From NCBI RefSeq assembly GCF_009914755.1, contig NC_060927.1: a stretch of 64,000 nt of DNA, one strand, 5' to 3'. This document shows positions 1-14,699 of the stretch, one piece after another; position 1 is the stretch's first letter, and each line of letters starts with the position of its first letter. Made by a program: the position numbers and the translations under genes. Source of the stretch: the human T2T-CHM13v2.0 reference genome, Homo sapiens. Under the pieces are notes generated by a model. That model worked only from the letters and a program-made list of their open reading frames with translations. It was not told the DNA's origin and made no database searches.

Positions 1-829
1 CAGAGTAAATGGGTGGTACCAACGGGAACTGCCTCCTTGGGAACTCCATGCAGTTCGTGGCTTTTATGATTGAAACAGCACCAGCAGAAGTGTGACCTCG
101 TGGAAAGACATGAAAATACATGGACTTGGTTATCTCTGACCTTGTGCCCCTCATGATAGTTGAACTCAGAGCAGCAGAGAGAAGAGAAAAGGGAAGACAC
201 CGGCTGCTGAGAGCTGCCCTCACCATGGTGGTGCATGTGCAAGGCCACATGGGCTCTGCTCCACCAGCCCCATCGACAGGCTCCCAGGACGGCTCACCTT
301 CCAGGAAGTCCTGCTGACACTGTTGTTGCTGCATTGGGTAGAAGTCTGCTTCCATGTAACCTCTCCACCCTGGGCTGCGTCAAACTGCCCACAGGAAATG
401 TCACCTCTATAATAAACAACTAGAGGACTTCTTATCTTCTCTTTTGCAGACCAGAGGCTTCCAGTTCCTCTAATTCTTCTCCACTGGTTCTGCTGGCCCT
501 CTTGGGACTGCTGGTTGTCAAGCTCCCTCACACTGGGGTCCCCAGGATGTCCAGAGTTTCCCAGCAGCATTGGAGAGAGGCAGCACATAGTGGGACCCTA
601 GTGGGAAGAGAGGCAGCAGGCTCAGAAGAGTTCAAAACCTCAGTTCCAAGAGTCTGTACCTTATCTAAGACACAATAGCACATGGCTGAAGATTCTTCAG
701 CAGAGGAGGGAAAGGGGAGTGGGTGTGAGGCCAGGGATCCTGGAAAGTTGTCCCGCAGGCAGCTGTAAGGGGAGACCTGAGGAGAGAAAGGAGGCAGCTG
801 CCTCTCAGTCAATTCAAATTACCTCTTGT

Positions 830-1715
830 GAAATTGTCTTTCTATGCCTGGCTTATTTCACTTAACATAATGACCTCCAGTTCCATCCATTTTGCTGCAA
901 ATGGCATGATTTCATTCATTTATGGCTGAATAATATTTCATTGTGCATATATACCACATTTTCTTTATCTATTCATCCATTGATGAACACTTAGGTTGAT
1001 TCCATATCTTAACTAGGTTGAATAGTGCTGCAGTAAACACGGTGGTGCAGTATCCCTTTGATATACTGATTTCCTTTCCTTTGTAAAAATACCCAATAAT
1101 GGGATTGCTGGATTGTACCTTAGTTCCATTTTTAGCTTTTTGATAGATCTCCAGTTGTTTTTGTTGAGTTGCTTGAGGTCCTTGTACATATTCTGGATAT
1201 TAGTACTTGGGTGAATGGTTTGCATAGATTTCTCCCATTCTACAGATTGTCTCTTCACTCCGTTGGTTGTTTCCTTTGCTGTGCAGAAGCTTTTTAGTTT
1301 AATACTGTCCCATTTGTCTATTTTTGTTTTTGTTGCCTGTGCATTTGAAGTGTTAGCCACAAGAGCTTTGCCTAGATTAATGTCTTGAAGCATTTTCCCT
1401 ATGTTTTCATGTAGTAGTTTTATAGTTTTAGGTTTTATGTTTACATTTTTAATCCATTATAAGTATATTTTTGTGAAAGATAGGGGTCCAGTTTCATTCT
1501 GCATGTGGCTATTCAGTTTTCCCAGCAGCATGTATTGAAGAGGGTGTCCTTTCCTCAATGTATGTTTTTGGCACCTTTGTTGAAAATAAGTTGGCTGTAA
1601 CTGTGTGAATTATTTCTGGGCTCTCTATTCCATTCCATTGGTTTATGTGTCTGTTTTAATACCAACGCCATGCTGTTTGGGTTACAATGTAAGCTGCTAC
1701 ATTTTAAGATCATTT
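830..1715 (-). mobile_element. LINE-1 fragment(s) (ORF2 C-terminus/3'UTR) with an internal deletion
   Basis: ORF 1013-1393: [18 protein letters not shown]...PAIPLLGI. Confidence 0.9.
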
Positions 1716-2287
1716 GTTATGAAGCTACAGTAACCAGAACACTGTTTTTCATAATCCAGGTGCCTGATTTTGATCTTCTTACCACCTTCAAGTTTGAGAG
1801 AATAATTTCTACACATTTGAAAGAAATCAAGATCTGCTTACATTTCCTAGTTGGTTAAACACATAGTTTCAGATCTTTTCTCTATTTCAATTACATATTC
1901 CTGAGAACCAAACTGCTTTACTTGAAAGTTGCTCCAATGTTCTGACAGATTGATACTTTTAGTTCTTTAAACAAATAATGAGCTGCTTTGAATTATAATG
2001 CGTTGTATAATAAACTGCCTTATTTTCAGAGTGGCTATACAATTTTTCTTTCCCACTAGCTCTGTATGAGAGTTTTAGTGTTCTGTATTCTTGTCAGCAC
2101 TTGATATTGTCAATTTAAAAAAAAAAGTTAGTCATTCTAGTAAGTATGTAGTTGTATCTCATTGCAATTTTAATTTACATTTTCCTAATGACTAACAATG
2201 TTGACAGTCTTGTGTGCTTATTTGCCATCTATACTTTTTTTTTATGGAATATCTATTCAGATCTTTTTTATTGGGCTGGTTTCTCAA

Positions 2288-2634
2288 TGTCGAGTGCAGT
2301 GCATTTACTAGGGAAACTTAACAAAGTGTTGCAGCAGTTCTCATGACAGTGAGAAAAAGAGATGTTTTACCTAGGTATGTCCACCACAAGGGGATCAGGG
2401 TATGGAGTTTATATGAGGATTTACGGAATTTGGCTCAGGGCTGGGGATAACTTCTCTTAGTGCTTTAGCAATAACCTGAATACCTTTATTAGTGCGTGGA
2501 AGTGTTCAAGTCCCTAGCTTGAGTTCAAGCCACAGGAGACAACACAAAACTTGCCAAGTCACAGCGTAGTCAAGGCACTCTCTATTTCTCAGGTGAGACA
2601 GAGAAAAAAGTGGGGGGACCTGAGGGACCCTACA
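2288..2634 (-). mobile_element. Solo LTR-like element (probably ERVL class; family not assigned)
   Basis: TG...CA-bounded ~350 bp unit with TATA-like (tttata) and poly(A)-like (tttact) complements, sitting between old L1 fragments. Confidence 0.45.
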
Positions 2635-4539
2635 ATCACTGATACATGGAATAACACAAATGAATCTCAAACTCATTATGCTGAGAAAAAAGCTAGACAC
2701 AGGAGTAGATATGGCATGATGCCATTTATATATGATATTCTAGAACAAGCAAAACTAAGCTAGAGCAACATAACGCAGATCAGCGGTTGCCTGGGACAGG
2801 GGATAAGGGAGTCATTGATTGAAATGGGGCATAAGGTACTTTTTGAGGTGTGAAAATGTCCTGTATTTGATTATGATGGTGATTCAGAGAGGTATGCAAT
2901 TGTTGAATTTGTTGACCTGTACCCTTAAAATGGGTGCAAGCAAATGACACTTCAATATGTTGTTAACTGAAAAACTAATGAGGGAAATCGTAGAGATTAT
3001 TACAAGAATCTGCCTTATTGCAAAATGCCAGAAAAAAATGCTGTCCCGTCCTCTTTGTTTTTCTCCAAGGTGTAGAAATGGAAGTGACTGAATTTTTACA
3101 ATCTCTTGCGAATTAGCTATTAAAAATCTTATGCATGTAGCTTCTTTACAGAAATCTCCAAATGCTTTTTAAATCTTTGTAACCTTCTAGGAAATACTAT
3201 AATTTGTTGATTTCAGATGAAGAATGCTTTGTTATAGTTTTAACTCTGCAGAGATGTCATTTGGTAATTGTGATTATTTATCAAGCTCCTACCATGTGCT
3301 TCATCTTAGCCAAAATTTCCACTGTAGATGGTGAAATTAGGGCTCAGGAAGGCTACATGACTCATCTATATGAGCCATAAATGGGCGAGGTGAACCCGGT
3401 CTGTGTGGTGCTAAATCCCAGGTGCCTTCTATTTCACCACTGGTGAGAACACAGAGTGCTAATTAAGGAGACTGGAGCTGGAATTTCCACTCCACCATTT
3501 AGTCATGTGTGAGCTTGGACAGGTCACTTGATCTCAATTCCCTTATCCACAGGTTAGGTGATTACCAGCATTGCTCCTCATTCTGGTCTACTGCGTAGTC
3601 CCAGGTGGAGCAGTTTGCATTGATTACCCTGTGAATGGCACCCCATGGAGGCAGCTCTGGGATGACAATCTCCCTATTAAGTTAAAAGGTCATTGTGGGA
3701 TTTCCACCCAGAAAATTTATGTGGAATACTCTGAAAACCCTCAAACACTGATCTCAAATAAGGTAGTACCAGTACTATAACTCAAAATCCTTCAATAGCT
3801 CCCACATTTCCATGGAATCTACTGTGAACTCGTCAACTCTTTATAATCTAGCCAAAACCAGCAGTCAATCTTATCTCCCTCCACTCTTTGCTCCATGCCC
3901 ACTACCTCTGCCAGGCCCATGCCTTTCCTGTCTTCAGATGTCATTGACCGCCTGTTGGCATGTCATGTGATCTAGGGATAAAACTCCCCAGATAAAGTGA
4001 AAGGAGTGGAAGCCAGATGCACCACAATGGGCCTGCAAAATTCCACCCTCTGCCAGAGACCTGCAGGTGGCTCTGAATGCTCTGCAGGGCTGGAGCTTCT
4101 GAATGTGTGTCACCCTAACAGATGTATATAATGTGTTACACATTTTAAAATGTGTATGTGTGTATATATATTAATCTCCCTGGCTCTTGGTTCCTGGCAT
4201 TAGGATGCAAGCATATCTGTTCCCTAATTTCATTCCTGCCTACCCCTGCACAGGGACCAAGCTCACCTCACCTCTTGGTCTTGGTAGCTCTACTTCCTTT
4301 TTCCTGGAAACTCTCCCTACCCCTTCCACATGGCCAAATTCTGTTCATCCCTCGGGCCCTTTCTCTTCCATGAAGCCGTTCCCAGTCCCTTCAGCCCACA
4401 TGGTCCTGTTTTCTAAACCCTGTAGAACTTGCATTTGACATCCCACATGCTGAATCAGAGCACAATATATTATACTATATTTCAGACCACCCTGAGTGGC
4501 TGCCTCTTTCTCACTGAGAGGGTCTGTCATGACAACTAT

Positions 4540-4770
4540 GATAAGTATTTTCATGACGCTGTCCACATGCCACACACTGGCCTCCACGTAGTCCTAATTT
4601 ATTTGCTCCTCACACAGATCCTACAAGCTAGGCATTGCTACATCATTTTGCAGTAGAGCACGCTGAGGCACACAGAGGTTATGTAGCTTGCCCACGGTGA
4701 TATCCCTATTAAGCGGTAAAGGTAGGTTTTGCATTCAGGTGTCCAGCAGCAAAGTCTGAGATCTTACTAT
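4540..4770. mobile_element. MIR fragment (similar fragments at ~3300-3570, 5420-5590, 32790-32900, 60340-60450, 62130-62300)
   Basis: MIR core cattttgcag.agag...ctgaggcacacagaggttatgtagcttgccca.ggt. Confidence 0.6.
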
Positions 4771-5740
4771 CAGTCGAAAATTTTGTTTTAGCCAATTTGA
4801 ATATGCTATATTGAATATGCTGTAGATTAAATAGTGAAATGTTTCTTTGGTTATGCTTTAACTATATTTGAGCATTCTTGATATTTTATCAGGTCTCTGT
4901 TGTCTCTGATCACCAACAAGGTTATAGACTCTTTAAGGTGGAAACTGAGCCCCTTCCTCCCTTTCTTCTCTTTCTCTCAAATTCTCTCCCTATTCTTTCT
5001 CTCTCTCTCTAATGCACATGTGTGTGCGCTCTCTCTCTCTCTCTGTCTCTCTTATCCTCCTTCCTCTTTCTTTGTCTTTTGTTCCTATGTTTTCTTTATC
5101 ATGAAGCATACAGCACAGTCCTACACACATATCAAACGTTTGATAAACACTTTGGTGCATTACACTCATTTGTCGAGTTAGTCAGTGTATCAAAGATCAC
5201 TTCATGCTTAGTCAGAGTTCTTCCCACAAATATTGGGTGAATACCTGCTCTGTGCCCAGTGCCATGCTAGGTCCCAAGGGACACATCAGCACATACAGCA
5301 GGCACATGGCTCTGCCCTGTGACGCTTTGCCCTGAGACATGGCTCTGCCCTATGACGCTTATGTCACAGTGGCATTCTACCCACACTTTACATTTCCTTA
5401 GCCCTGTATATTCTGCAGAGACTTTTCACATATTTATCTTAGTTGGTTCCACGGCAATGCTATGACTTAAATATCATTATTTCCAGTTTAGAGATGAAAA
5501 AGCTGAGGTCCAGCAAGTTTAAATTACTACCCCCAGCTTATGTAGCTGTGTATGCCACAACTGAAACTCAAACTCAAGTCTTTTAGACTTGTCTAAACCT
5601 TTGCAGCCACATTTTGCCCCATCCAAGTGTCTACTGGACCCTGCAGAATAATTAGTTTATTCCTTTGCCGGGAAATTCTTATTTCATTCTTCATCCTGTC
5701 TCCCGATGAGTCAAATCAATGCTTATTCAAGAATTATAAA

Positions 5741-6400
<660 letters not shown>

Positions 6401-6812
6401 GTAGGTGTCGCTTTTCCAGGAAAAGGGAGGTGGAACAAGGAGGGGTCCAGGCAGGTGGAAGTAGTAACTTCCAGCAGTGCTCTTGGATCTAGGAGGGAGG
6501 AGAGGAAGGTACACAGCAATTTAGAGGTAGTATGGGGCCAGAGTGGGAGAAAATATGGCCACATATCTCCATTTTCTTCTTGCTTTTTCTAATTTTCCCT
6601 TTCTGTCTCCCATCCACACAATGATAAGTTTGCGTGTAGCACTCACCCAAACTTGGCCCTTTATACCTCTTTAGTCAACATCTGTGCCCATGTTACCCTC
6701 CTATACTTTCACAAATTCTCAACTATGTGCATATGACTACTCCAAAGAGCTTACACTTAATAGCTTGTGTTTATTTATATTGACTTGTAAGAAATAGCAA
6801 AAATATAATTTT

Positions 6813-6893
6813 ACATATATATGTGTATATATATATATATACACATATATATATATATATATATACGCACACACACATACATTTTTATATATA
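6813..6893. repeat. Compound (TA)n/(CA)n microsatellite in intron 1
   Basis: Read directly from the sequence. Confidence 0.95.
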
Positions 6894-6895
6894 CA

Positions 6896-7231
6896 AAGTC
6901 CTCCCTCAGTATCTGTGAGGGATTTGTTCCAGGACCCTTGCAGATACCAAAATTCATAGATGCTCAAGTTCCTTATATAAAATGATGTAGTATTTGCTGA
7001 TAACCTACAAATATCCTCCAGTACCCTTTAAATACAAGTACCTAGATTACTTGTAATACCTAATACAACGCATACAGAGCGCTTCATTCATGTGGAGTCA
7101 ACATAGCACTTGCTGCGTGGCAAATTCAAGGCTTGGTTTTTGCAACTTTGTGGAGCTTTTTCCCAGATATTTTTGATCCGTGATTGGTTGAATACACAAA
7201 TGTGGAACCCATGGATACAGAGGGCTGATTA
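6896..7231 (+). mobile_element. MER2 (TcMar-Tigger MITE)
   Basis: agtcctccctcagtatctgtgaggga...aggaccc...ggaacccatggatacagagggctga, with TIR-like ends in a TA context. Confidence 0.85.
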
Positions 7232-8231
7232 TATACATATGTGTGTGTGCATTAAGTATGTATGTGTGGAAATATATATATTTATTTGAAGTTTTCATTG
7301 AAAATCCACACTAAATCAAGCTACTAGATGAGTCAGTTGATTGATTTGGTGTCTTTTTTTCTGGGTGAATGAGATTGTCTGTGTTAGAGGGTAGAGCTAG
7401 AAAGCCTTACCGATTCTTCTGGAAACGCCTGGATTGACAGAGGATGAGTGTTAACTTTGACAAGTACTTCAAGTGAGAGTGGTGGGAATAAGGGGTCTTC
7501 CACATGGATGTGGTATAAGTTGAAGTATATTTTTGAAGTGCAGCTCTTTCCAGAAAATGGTGATGATTACACTGAACCACGCAGGATGAGTTAGCTCTTC
7601 TGGGAGAAGAAATATGAGCCCTTTGTATGACTTAATAAGAAAAAAGCAGATCTGTACAGCAGAATAAATTGGGTAAAGGGCACAAAGAGATAAATCACAG
7701 GAAGGGAAATATGAATGACTAATACTTGTAGTTAAAAAAAATCAGTAATGAAATAAATGTTAATTACAACAATAATGGCAACCCTTTTGCCCATCTAATT
7801 GGCCAAGTAATTTTTTCTTTCTTTTAGATCTTCTCCATATTGATGGATGCTTGCTGAAATGGGCACCATCACCTACTAGTGCCAAGAGTATATATATTGT
7901 TACACACTTTCTGGAAGCAATTTGACAAAATGCATCAAGAGACTTCGAAATATAATTCAATGTAGAAATTGTGATTTGTGTAATATACCTTAAGGAAATA
8001 ATTTTAAAATGCACACAAATATGTTTATTGCAGTATTATTTATAGCAGAGCAAATTGTGAATAACTTAATCACACAACAAAAAGGCAATGGTTAAATAAG
8101 CATGATTATCTATACAATATGTTGGAGTCATTACAAATTACATTTTTAAGTAATTTTTAGCCACAAGGAACTAGGTGAAAGGTAAAGAAGTTAAGGTATC
8201 AGAATACAAAATGATATACAAGTGTACTATC

Positions 8232-8682
8232 TTTCATGCGCGTCCGTGTGAAGAGACCACCAAACAGGCTTTGTGTGAGCAATAAAGCTTTTTAATCACC
8301 TGGGTGCAGGCAGGCTGAGTCCGAAAAGAGTCAGCGAAGGGAGATAAGGGTGGGGCCGTTTTATAGGATTTGGGTAGATAAAGGAAAATTACAGTCAAAG
8401 GGGACTTGTTCTCTGGCGGGCAGGAGTGGGGGTCACAAGGTGCTCAGTGGGGGAGCTTTTTGAGCCAGGATGAGCCAGGAAAAGGGACTTTCACAAGGTA
8501 ATGTCATCACTTAAGGCAAGGACCAGCCATTTTCACTTCTTTTGTGGTGGAATGTCATCAGTTAAGGCGGGGCAGGGCATTTTCACTTCTTTTGTGATTC
8601 TTCAGTTACTTCAGGCCATCTGGGCATATATGTGCAAGTCACAGGGGATGTGATGGCTTGGCTTGGGCTCAGAGGCCTGACA
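8232..8682 (-). mobile_element. Solo HERV-H LTR (LTR7 family), 451 bp
   Basis: Full LTR from TTTCATGCGCGTCC to GGCCTGACA, with no PBS or PPT. 5-bp TSD CTATC (8227-8231)/CTGTC (8683-8687). Its poly(A) region is the ATTAAA variant, unlike the provirus. Confidence 0.95.
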
Positions 8683-9415
8683 CTGTCAATTATAACATAC
8701 ATGGTACCTGGAAAGGCAGTGGCTCTCTCTCCATAGCACAGTTGGAGGTGGAAGCACTGGGTCCCAGAAAGCTGAAATTCTGGTCATGGTGACTATCCCA
8801 CAACCATGTTATTTGGAATGTATATGCATACTTTCCTTGTGAAAACATATTCTTCATGACCAACTCCTTCAATAATCCAAAATCATTTGGCTGGTGGGCG
8901 AAACCCTGTCACTTAAGATGAACTGACCGCACTCAGACACAATTCTGAAAGACACAAGCATGAGGTGTAACTTTTGCATTAGTAACTATTATTAATGATT
9001 GGAAGCTCTGGAAATCCATGTGCTGCCCTAAAATACCAATTCTGGGAAATGTTTGTGGCTGGAAAGAAGACTGCATTCATTCATGATTTGAACTTTGAGA
9101 GGCTCTTCTTGTGTATTTCCAGGGAAGAAGCTCACTGGCTCCCTCATTCCGTTCCTGCACTGTTCTCAGAAAGTTCTTCCCCATGTGTGGATGTATCTAG
9201 TATCCTCCAAGGTCATCAAATTTCTGCTCTATGAGAGTCTACTTCCTCTTCTACAGGAAGAACTATCGTATCATAGACTTTTCTATCTTACGTGGGCCTA
9301 AAACATTGCCTAATCCAACCCTTTAATTAAAAAAAAAAACTTTGATCCAGACCAAAGGCATACAAAAACAAAACAAAACAAAACAAAACCTAAAATGAAT
9401 CCAAATATGATTATT

Positions 9416-9838
9416 TTCCTTTTTTTTAACTTTTATTTTAGGTTTGGGGGTACATGTGAAGCTTTGTTACGTAGGTAAACTCGTGCCATGGGGGTTTGTT
9501 GTACAGATTATTTCATCACCCAGGTATTAAGCCTAGTAGCCAATACTTGTTTTTCTGCTCCTCTCCCTCCTCCCACTCTCAAGTAGACCCCTGTGTCTGT
9601 TGTTCTCTTCTTTGTGTTCATGAGTTCTCATCATTTAGCTCCCACTTATAAGTCAGAACATGTCGTATTTGGTTTTTTCCCTGCATTAGTTTGCTAAGGA
9701 TAATAGCTTCTAGCTCCATCCATGTTCCTGCAAAAGACACTATCTGTTTTTTTATGGCTGCATAGTATTCCATGTGTATATGTACCACATTTTCTTTATC
9801 CAATCTGTCATTGATGGGCATTTAGTTTGATTTCATGC
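9416..9838 (-). mobile_element. L1PA 3' end fragment
   Basis: Poly-T then aacttttattttaggtttgggggtacatgtg...; FAGTWMELEAIILSKL on minus. Confidence 0.9.
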
Positions 9839-10134
9839 AAAGGCTATTATTTTTCATACAAAACATTCCAAGTTCTGCCAACTATGGCTGATGTTTTGGG
9901 ACTGTTATCATCCTACTTCCTTCTATAGTCTAGGTTGATACTAACCCTCTTAAAATTTGGTGCCTGGAACAGAACATAATATTTCAGATGTGTAGTCTGG
10001 ACAGTGCAAAGCAGAGTAAAAATTATTCTACTCCATCCTTTCATACACTTAAGAAGAGTTTATTAAGCATCTTTCATTTGTCAGGCATCATGCTGGACAC
10101 TAGGCCTGTACTGTCCACTATGGTGGCTACTTGC

Positions 10135-10587
10135 TTTTATGCGTGTCCGTGTGAAGAGACCACCAAACAGGCTTTGTGTGAGCAACATGGCTGTTTATTT
10201 CACCTGGGTGCAGGCGGGCTGAGTCCGAAAAGAGAGTCAGCGAAGGGAGATAAGGGTGGGGCCGTTTTATAGGATTTGGGTAGGTAGAGGAAAATTACAG
10301 TCAAAGGGGGTTTGTTCTCTGGCGGGCAGGAGTGGGGGTCGCAAGGTGCTCAGTGGGGGTGATTTTTGAGCCAGGATGAGCTAGGAAAAGGACTTTCACA
10401 AGGTAATGTCATCACTTAAGGCAAGGACCGGCCATTTTCACTGCTTTTGTGGTGGAATGTCATCAGTTAAGGTGGGGCAGGGCATATTCACTTCTTTTGT
10501 GATTCTTCAGTTACTTCAGGCCATCTGGGCGTATATGTGCAAGTCACAGGGGATGGGATAGCTTGGCTTGGGCTCAGAGGCCTGACA
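10135..10587 (-). repeat. HERV-H 3' LTR (LTR7), 453 bp
   Basis: About 95% identical to the 5' LTR (I counted ~21 substitutions and one indel); preceded by the PPT; AATAAA on minus at 10194-10199. Confidence 0.97.
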
Positions 10588-10999
10588 TTCCTGCCTTCTT
10601 ATATTAATAAGAAAAATAAAACAAAATAGTGTTGAAGTGTTGGGGTGGCGAAAATTTTTGGAGGGTGGTATGGAGAGAGAATGGGCGATGTTTCCCAGGG
10701 CTGCTTCAAGCGGGATTAGGGGCGGCGTGGGAACCTAGAGTGGGAGAGATTAAGCTGAAGGGAGGTCTTGTGGTAAGGGGTGATATTGTGGGGATGTTAG
10801 AAGAAACATTTGTCGTATAGAATGATTGGTGATGGCCTGGATATGGTTTTGTATGAATTGAAAAACTAAATGGAATAAGAGAAGGAGAAAAACAGGTATA
10901 AAAGGTCTAAGAATCGGGAGGACCTAGGACATCTGATTAGAGAGTGCCTAAGGAGATTCAGCATAGTCCTGCCAGCAAAGATTATTTATTTACTTCAAG

Positions 11000-13361
11000 A
11001 GTTAAGAGCGGCGGTTTGGGGATAGCACGAGGAGATATCAGCTGTGATGGCTTGAAAAAACAGTGTAAACTGGCAGTGTAAACAAGAGCAGGGCATGTAT
11101 GAGTAGTTGAGAACAGAGAACAGGAGTATGACTAGATAGAAAATAGTAGGGATGACAAGTTTTTTTGGGGCACAGTCTAAGGTGGTCCGGTGTCTGGAAT
11201 GAGACTGGGGGCCTAATGAAAAGGAGCATCTATACAGGAACTTAAATGGGCTGTACCTTATAGCATTCCGAGGACAGGTCTGACTTCTGAGAAGGGAAAG
11301 TGGTGAAAGTATTGTCCAGTTCTTTTTAAGTTGGTGGCTGAGCTTGGTGAGGTGTGTTTTTAAAAGACCTTTAGTCCGTTCTACTTTTCTTGAAGACAGA
11401 GGACTATAAGGGATATAAAGGTTTCACTGAATACTAAGAGCCTGAAAAACTGCTTGGCTGATTTGACTAATAAAGGCTGGTCTGTTATCAGACTGTATAG
11501 AGGTGGGAAGGCTAAACTGAGGAATTATGTCTGACAGAAGGGAAGAAATGACTGCGGTGCCCTTCTCAGACCCTGTAGGAAAGGCCTCTACCTATCTAGT
11601 GAAAGTGTCTACTTAGACTAAGAGGTATTTTAGTTTTTGTGACTCAGGGCATGTTGAGTAAAGCTAATTTGCCAGTCCTGGGCAGGGGCAAATCCTCGAG
11701 CTTGATGTGTAGGGAAGGGAGGGGGCCTGAATAATCCTTGAGGAGTAGTAGAATAGCACATAGAATAGCAGATGGAACACTGAGAAGTGATTTCCTTGAG
11801 GATAGATTTCTACAATGGAAAGGAAATGAGAGGTTCTAAGAGGCAGGCTAGTGGCTTGTACTATAGCATAGCCTGCCTTTGCTGGTGTGTGGTGATTAGG
11901 CCTGGTGGAACTGCCATCAATAAATCAAGCATGATCAGGGTGAGGAACAGGAAAGAAGGAGATATGGGGAAATGGGGTGAATGTCAGGTGGATCAGAGAG
12001 ATACAGTCATGAGGGTCAGGTGTGGTTTCTGGAATAATGTGGGAGGCTGGACTGAAGTCCGGGCCAGGAATGATGGTAATTGTGGGAGACTTAACAAAGA
12101 GTGAGTACAGCTGAAGGAGCCAAGGAGCAGAAAGTATATGCATCAGGTATGAGGAAGAAAATAGATTTTGGAAGTTATGAGAAATGTAGAGAGTGAGTTG
12201 AGCATAGTTTGTGATTTTTAGGGCCTCTAAAAGTATTAAAGCAGTGGCAGCTGCTGCATGCAGACATGAGGGCTAGGCTAAAACAGTAAGATCAAGTTGT
12301 TTGGACAGAAAGGCTACAGGGTGCAGTCCTGGCTCTTGTGTAAGAATTCTGACTGCACTAACCATGCCTAGGAAGGAAAGGAGTTGTTGTTTTGTAAGGG
12401 ATTGAGGTTTGGGAGATTAATCGGACAGGATCAGCAGGGAGAGCACGTGTGTTTTTATGAGAATTATGCCGAGATAGGTAACAGATGACGATGAAATTTG
12501 GGCTTGACTGAAGTAATGGGGGCTGTCTGTGAAACCTTGTGGCAGTACAGCCCAGGTAATTTGCTGAGCCTAATGGGTGTCAGGGTCAGTCTAAGTGAAA
12601 GCAAAGAGAGGCTGGGATGAAGGGTGCAAAGGAATAGTAAAGAAAGCATGTTTGAGATCCAGAACAGAATAATGGGTAGTAGAGGGAGGTATTGAGGATA
12701 GGAGGTTATATGGGTTTGGCCCCACGGGGTGGATAGGCAAAACAATTTGGTTGATAAGGTGCAGATTCTGAACTAACTTGTAAGGCTTGTCTGGTTTTAG
12801 GACAGGTAAAATGGGGGAATGGTAAGGAGAGTTTATAGGCTTTAAAAGGCCATGCCTTAGCAGGCGAGTGATAACAGGCTTTAATCCTTTTAAAGCGTGC
12901 TGTGGGATGGGATCTTGGCATTGAGCAGGGTAAGGGTGATTAGGTTTTAACGAGATGGTAAGGGGAGCATGATTGGTCGCCAAGGAGGGAGTAGAGGTAT
13001 CTTATACTTGTGGGTTAAGGTGGGGGAATACAAGAAGAGGACGCAAAGGAGGCTTTGGATTGGGAAGAAGGGCAGCAATGAGATGCGGCTATAGTCCAGG
13101 AATAGTCAGGGAAGCAGATAATTTGGTTAAAATATCTCGGCCTAATAAGGGAACTGGGCAGGTGGGGATAACTAAAAAAGAGTGCATAAAAGAGTATTGT
13201 CTAAGTTGGCACCAGAGTTGGGGAGTTTTAAGAGGTTTAGAAGCCTGGGCATCAATACCCACAACAGTTATGGAGGCAAGGGAAACAGGCTCTTGAAAAG
13301 AAGGTAATGTGGAGTGGGTAGCCTCTGTATTGATTAAGAAGGGGATGGACTTACCCTCCAC
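11000..13361 (-). pseudogene. HERV-H pro-pol remnant (fragmented; RT YxDD region deleted)
   Basis: ORF fragments 13089-13361 (protease, DTG reads NTE) and 12591-12983 (RT N-terminus). DSPHYFSQA is joined directly to QISSSSVTYLG at ~12500, skipping the YIDD segment. Confidence 0.85.
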
Positions 13362-14699
13362 TGTGAGAGTTACCTAAAGCTCGGCATCTGTGATGGTCTA
13401 TGGGGCTTCCGAGGCGATCAGGCTGTGTCAGTCTTCAGCCGCTAAGCCAAGAAGGAGTCAGTCAGAGAGCCTTGGGCCAGAGTTCCAGGGGCTCTGGGAG
13501 TGGCTGCCAGGTGAGTTGAACAGTCTGATTTCCAGTGGGGTCCCACACAGATGGGGGAATCCTGGGCTGCAGGCATTCCTTGGCCTGGTGGTCAGATTTC
13601 TGGCACTTGTAGCAAGCTCCTCGGGGAGGAGGTTCTGGAGGAACGCCTGGCCACTGCGGTTCAGGTGTTTGGAAGTTCTTGTGTGCTGGGGATGTGGCTG
13701 GGGTTTGTCTCACAGTGGAGGCAGGGAATTGCAACTTTTTTTTTTTATCATTGTACACCTTGAAGGTGAGGTTAATTAAGTCCTGTTGTGGGGTGTGAGG
13801 GCCAGATTCTAATTTTTGGAGTTTTATTTAATGTCGGGAGCAGATTGGGTAATAAAATGTATATTGAGAATAAGATGGCCTTTTGACCTTTTAGGGTCTA
13901 GGGCTGTAAAGCGTCTCAGGGTTGCTGCCGAATGAGCCATGAACTGGGCTGGGTTTTTATATTTGATGAAAAAGAGCCTAAACGCTTCTGATTTGGGATA
14001 AAGAAAAAGGAGCATTAACCTTGACTATGCCTTTGGCTCCAGGCACCTTTTTAAGAGTAAATTGCTGGGCAGGTGGGGAAGGGCTAGTGATGGAACGAAA
14101 CTGTAAGCCGGACCAGGTGTGAGGAGGTGAGGCGATAAAAAGATTACAGGGTGGAGGAGTGGAGGCTGAGGAAGAATTGGGACCTAGCTTGGCCTGGCAA
14201 GGAGGGGAGAGGTCAGATGGGTCTGTAGAAAAGGAAGATTAGAAAGACTCAGCGATGCTTGGGGTTGGGACTGAGGGGACAGGCGGGAGGGAAACAAGGA
14301 AGATTTGGGACAAGTTGCACTGGGCACAGAGACTAGGAAGGGACTGATGTGTAAAAGAATGCCTGGACATCAGGCACCTCAGACCATTTGCCTATTTTAA
14401 GACAAGAATTATTTAGATCTTGTAGGATGGAGAAATCGAAAGTGCCATTTTCTGGCCATTTAGAGCCATTGTCAAGTTTGTATTGGAGCCAAGCAGTGTT
14501 GCAGAAGAAAATAAGGCGTTTAGGTTTTAGGACAGGTGTAAGTTGAGGTTTTAAGTTCTTGAGGACACAGGCTAAAGGAGAAGAAGGAGGAATGGAGGGT
14601 GGAATTTTGCCTATAGTGAAGGAGGCAAACCCAGAGAAAAGAGAGAGTAGAGACATGGAGGGAAGGGGTTCAGGGGTTCTTACCCTCCAGAAAAGCGGG

